A stretch of DNA of 64,000 bases from Stegostoma tigrinum (lineage: Eukaryota), in NCBI RefSeq assembly GCF_030684315.1, contig NC_081387.1, positions 11,200,867 through 11,264,866 on the forward strand, given 5' to 3'. Made by a program: the position numbers and the translations under genes. Of the stretch, positions 62,225-64,000 are shown in pieces. The first letter of the stretch is position 1. Every line of letters starts with the position of its first letter. The notes below the pieces were generated by a model. That model saw nothing but the letters and a program-made list of their open reading frames with translations, was not told where the DNA came from and ran no database searches.

Positions 62225-62815
62225 ATAGTCACATCATCGGACAGCACCGAAACAGGCTCCCAATTCCGCTCGCCCATGTCAGCCAGGTTTTCCACACTAA
62301 ACTAATCCTATTTGCCTCATTTTGGCCCATAGCCCTCGAAGCGTTTGCTGTTCATGTCCCTGTCCAAATGTCTTTCCAGTGTTGTAACTGCAGCACTTCC
62401 TGCTGGCATTTCATTCCGTATGCGCATCACCCTCTGTGTTTACAACGATGCCCCCTGCAGTCCCGCTCGATGGTTTTCTCCTCTCATTTTAAACCTATGC
62501 CGTCTAGTTGTGAGCTCCCTTTCTGTAGGGAAAGTACCTTTTTAGTATCCTTGCCCCAGTAGACGAGACGTATGCAGTTCTCCAAAAGTGTTCTGTACAG
62601 CCACAATATGACATCCCAACTCCTATACTCCACGCACTGACCAATGAAGTCAAGTATGCCAACTGACTTCTTCATCTCCCTAACTGCCTGCGATCCCACT
62701 TTCAAGGAAGTATATGCTTGAATCCTTTCTGGTCTCTGTTCCATAACACTCCCCAAGGCCCTACCATTCACTACGTATGTCCTGCCCTGGCTTGTCTTAA
62801 CAGGATACAACATCT
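62225..62815 (-). mobile_element. CR1 LINE 3' fragment in an NCR3-like intron
   Basis: The ORF-track peptide QGRTYVVNGRALGSV.EQR...FIGQCVEYRSWDVIL.LYRTL is a CR1 RT C-terminus. Confidence 0.75.
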
Positions 62816-63238
62816 CATTGTCGGGGTATGAACGGTGCTAACTTTGCAAGTTTTAACCTGTAAGTCGGCCAGGTTGAGTTGGAACGCTGGCTATAAACTC
62901 CCCGAGCCCGTTCACTGATTCGCTTTGAATTGGGAGTCGTGTTGTGGCCCTGGGTGGCTGAAAGCAGCACAGCCTCCCTCACATTGGGCTATTTCTCAAG
63001 AAGGGAGTTCAGTCAACTTGGACGACACATTATGTCAATAAGGAGTGAACTTAATTATGGGCTCAGAAATTTAATAATTCTGTTCCCACTTTCCTTTCTC
63101 CACAGCCACTCCTCAGCAACCCGAAAGGTAACCGGCTGGATAGAGTCAGTTATTTGATGCCCGATCTGGTATTTCGCTTGTTATCTGTGATTTCTTCAAC
63201 ATCTCACTTCCCTGCTGTACATTTTATTTTTGCTGCAG

Positions 63239-63273
63239 GCCAGTTCCCCTGTACGCAGAGATGTATAAAGGAG
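63239..63273 (+). pseudogene. Candidate cytoplasmic-tail micro-exon
   Basis: Strong acceptor TTTTATTTTTGCTGCAG| and donor GAG|GTGAGT. One frame reads PVPLYAEMYKG (Tyr motif), but that frame is not in phase with the TM exon. Confidence 0.5.
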
Positions 63274-64000
63274 GTGAGTAACACAGAGAAATATGCATAA
63301 TATCTCGGTTTATAGATTGAATTTGACTTCTCTTTGATGGGGTGGCTAATTGTATCTTTTGATAGTTCTAATCTGAAAATCTGTCAGAAACTAGAGATTA
63401 ACGATGACTTGGAGAATGCCAAGGGGTCATATAGATTTTCTCTCTTAACTCGGCGAATCACTGTTATCTGGAATACATTGACTGATGGGGAAACATGAAA
63501 TACGATAAGAGGAATTTTCGCCGAGAAATAGATGTTTCAAAGGAGGCGAGTTGCAGGATTCATTGGGAAAAAAGTAGCAAATTGGGCTTGATTGGCAGCA
63601 CTTTTATGTTGCATCCTATAATATTACGGTGTCGGGTACTGTATTTTAATGTATAACCTTAAGTGGAGTTTGTTGAATTATACGATATTAATCGCTTCTC
63701 TGTTGCCTAGAGACAGGGTGTCTAGTGTTCGCTCTGAAAGCAGAAGAACCGACCTGATACATAACTCCAATTATAACATCAGTGAACTTGGTAACTTGGT
63801 TGTCAATATTTCCAGCTAGTTTGTAGCCATTGTCATTGTGCAGATGGAGATAAAGAAGCGAAGACTCTTGTAGCACAGTCATAGAATACCCCTGGTTTAA
63901 CAGGTCTGGGATCTAGTCCCACCTGCTCCAGAGGTATGTTGTCGCCTCTCTGAGCAGATTGGTCCAAACACATCTGGATAAATACGCAAAGCTCGGGGTA

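Overview
Eukaryotic, intron-rich vertebrate DNA. The SINE/LINE/minisatellite repertoire and gene content point to a cartilaginous fish, probably a shark (inference). Left to right: (1) the 5' part of a divergent RNF20/BRE1A-like gene on the minus strand (6 coding exons, one GC-AG intron, continuing off the left edge); (2) a CpG island (~10.45-11.1 kb) that probably acts as a bidirectional promoter; (3) a complete 6-coding-exon RING-Bbox-coiled-coil-PRY/SPRY (B30.2) TRIM gene on the plus strand (~474 aa, TRIM69/XNF7/A33-like) whose RING His ligand is replaced by Arg; (4) an old ~5.5-kb direct segmental duplication carrying two-exon GPR139-like GPCR genes, one pseudogene and one intact (321 aa), separated by a near-full-length CR1-type LINE; (5) an NCR3/NKp30-like single VJ-type Ig receptor gene (leader, V, Ser/Thr stalk, TM, candidate tail exon) with several inactivating lesions. 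Throughout there are V-SINE-like and other tRNA-SINEs, CR1/L2 fragments, and at least ten short Penelope-derived elements carrying minimal hammerhead-ribozyme cores, often as fold-back pairs with 7-15 bp target-site duplications. TRIM-B30.2 next to NCR3 suggests an MHC-linked or MHC-paralogous region. All homology calls come from recalled motifs and manual reading, not database searches, and repeat boundaries are approximate.
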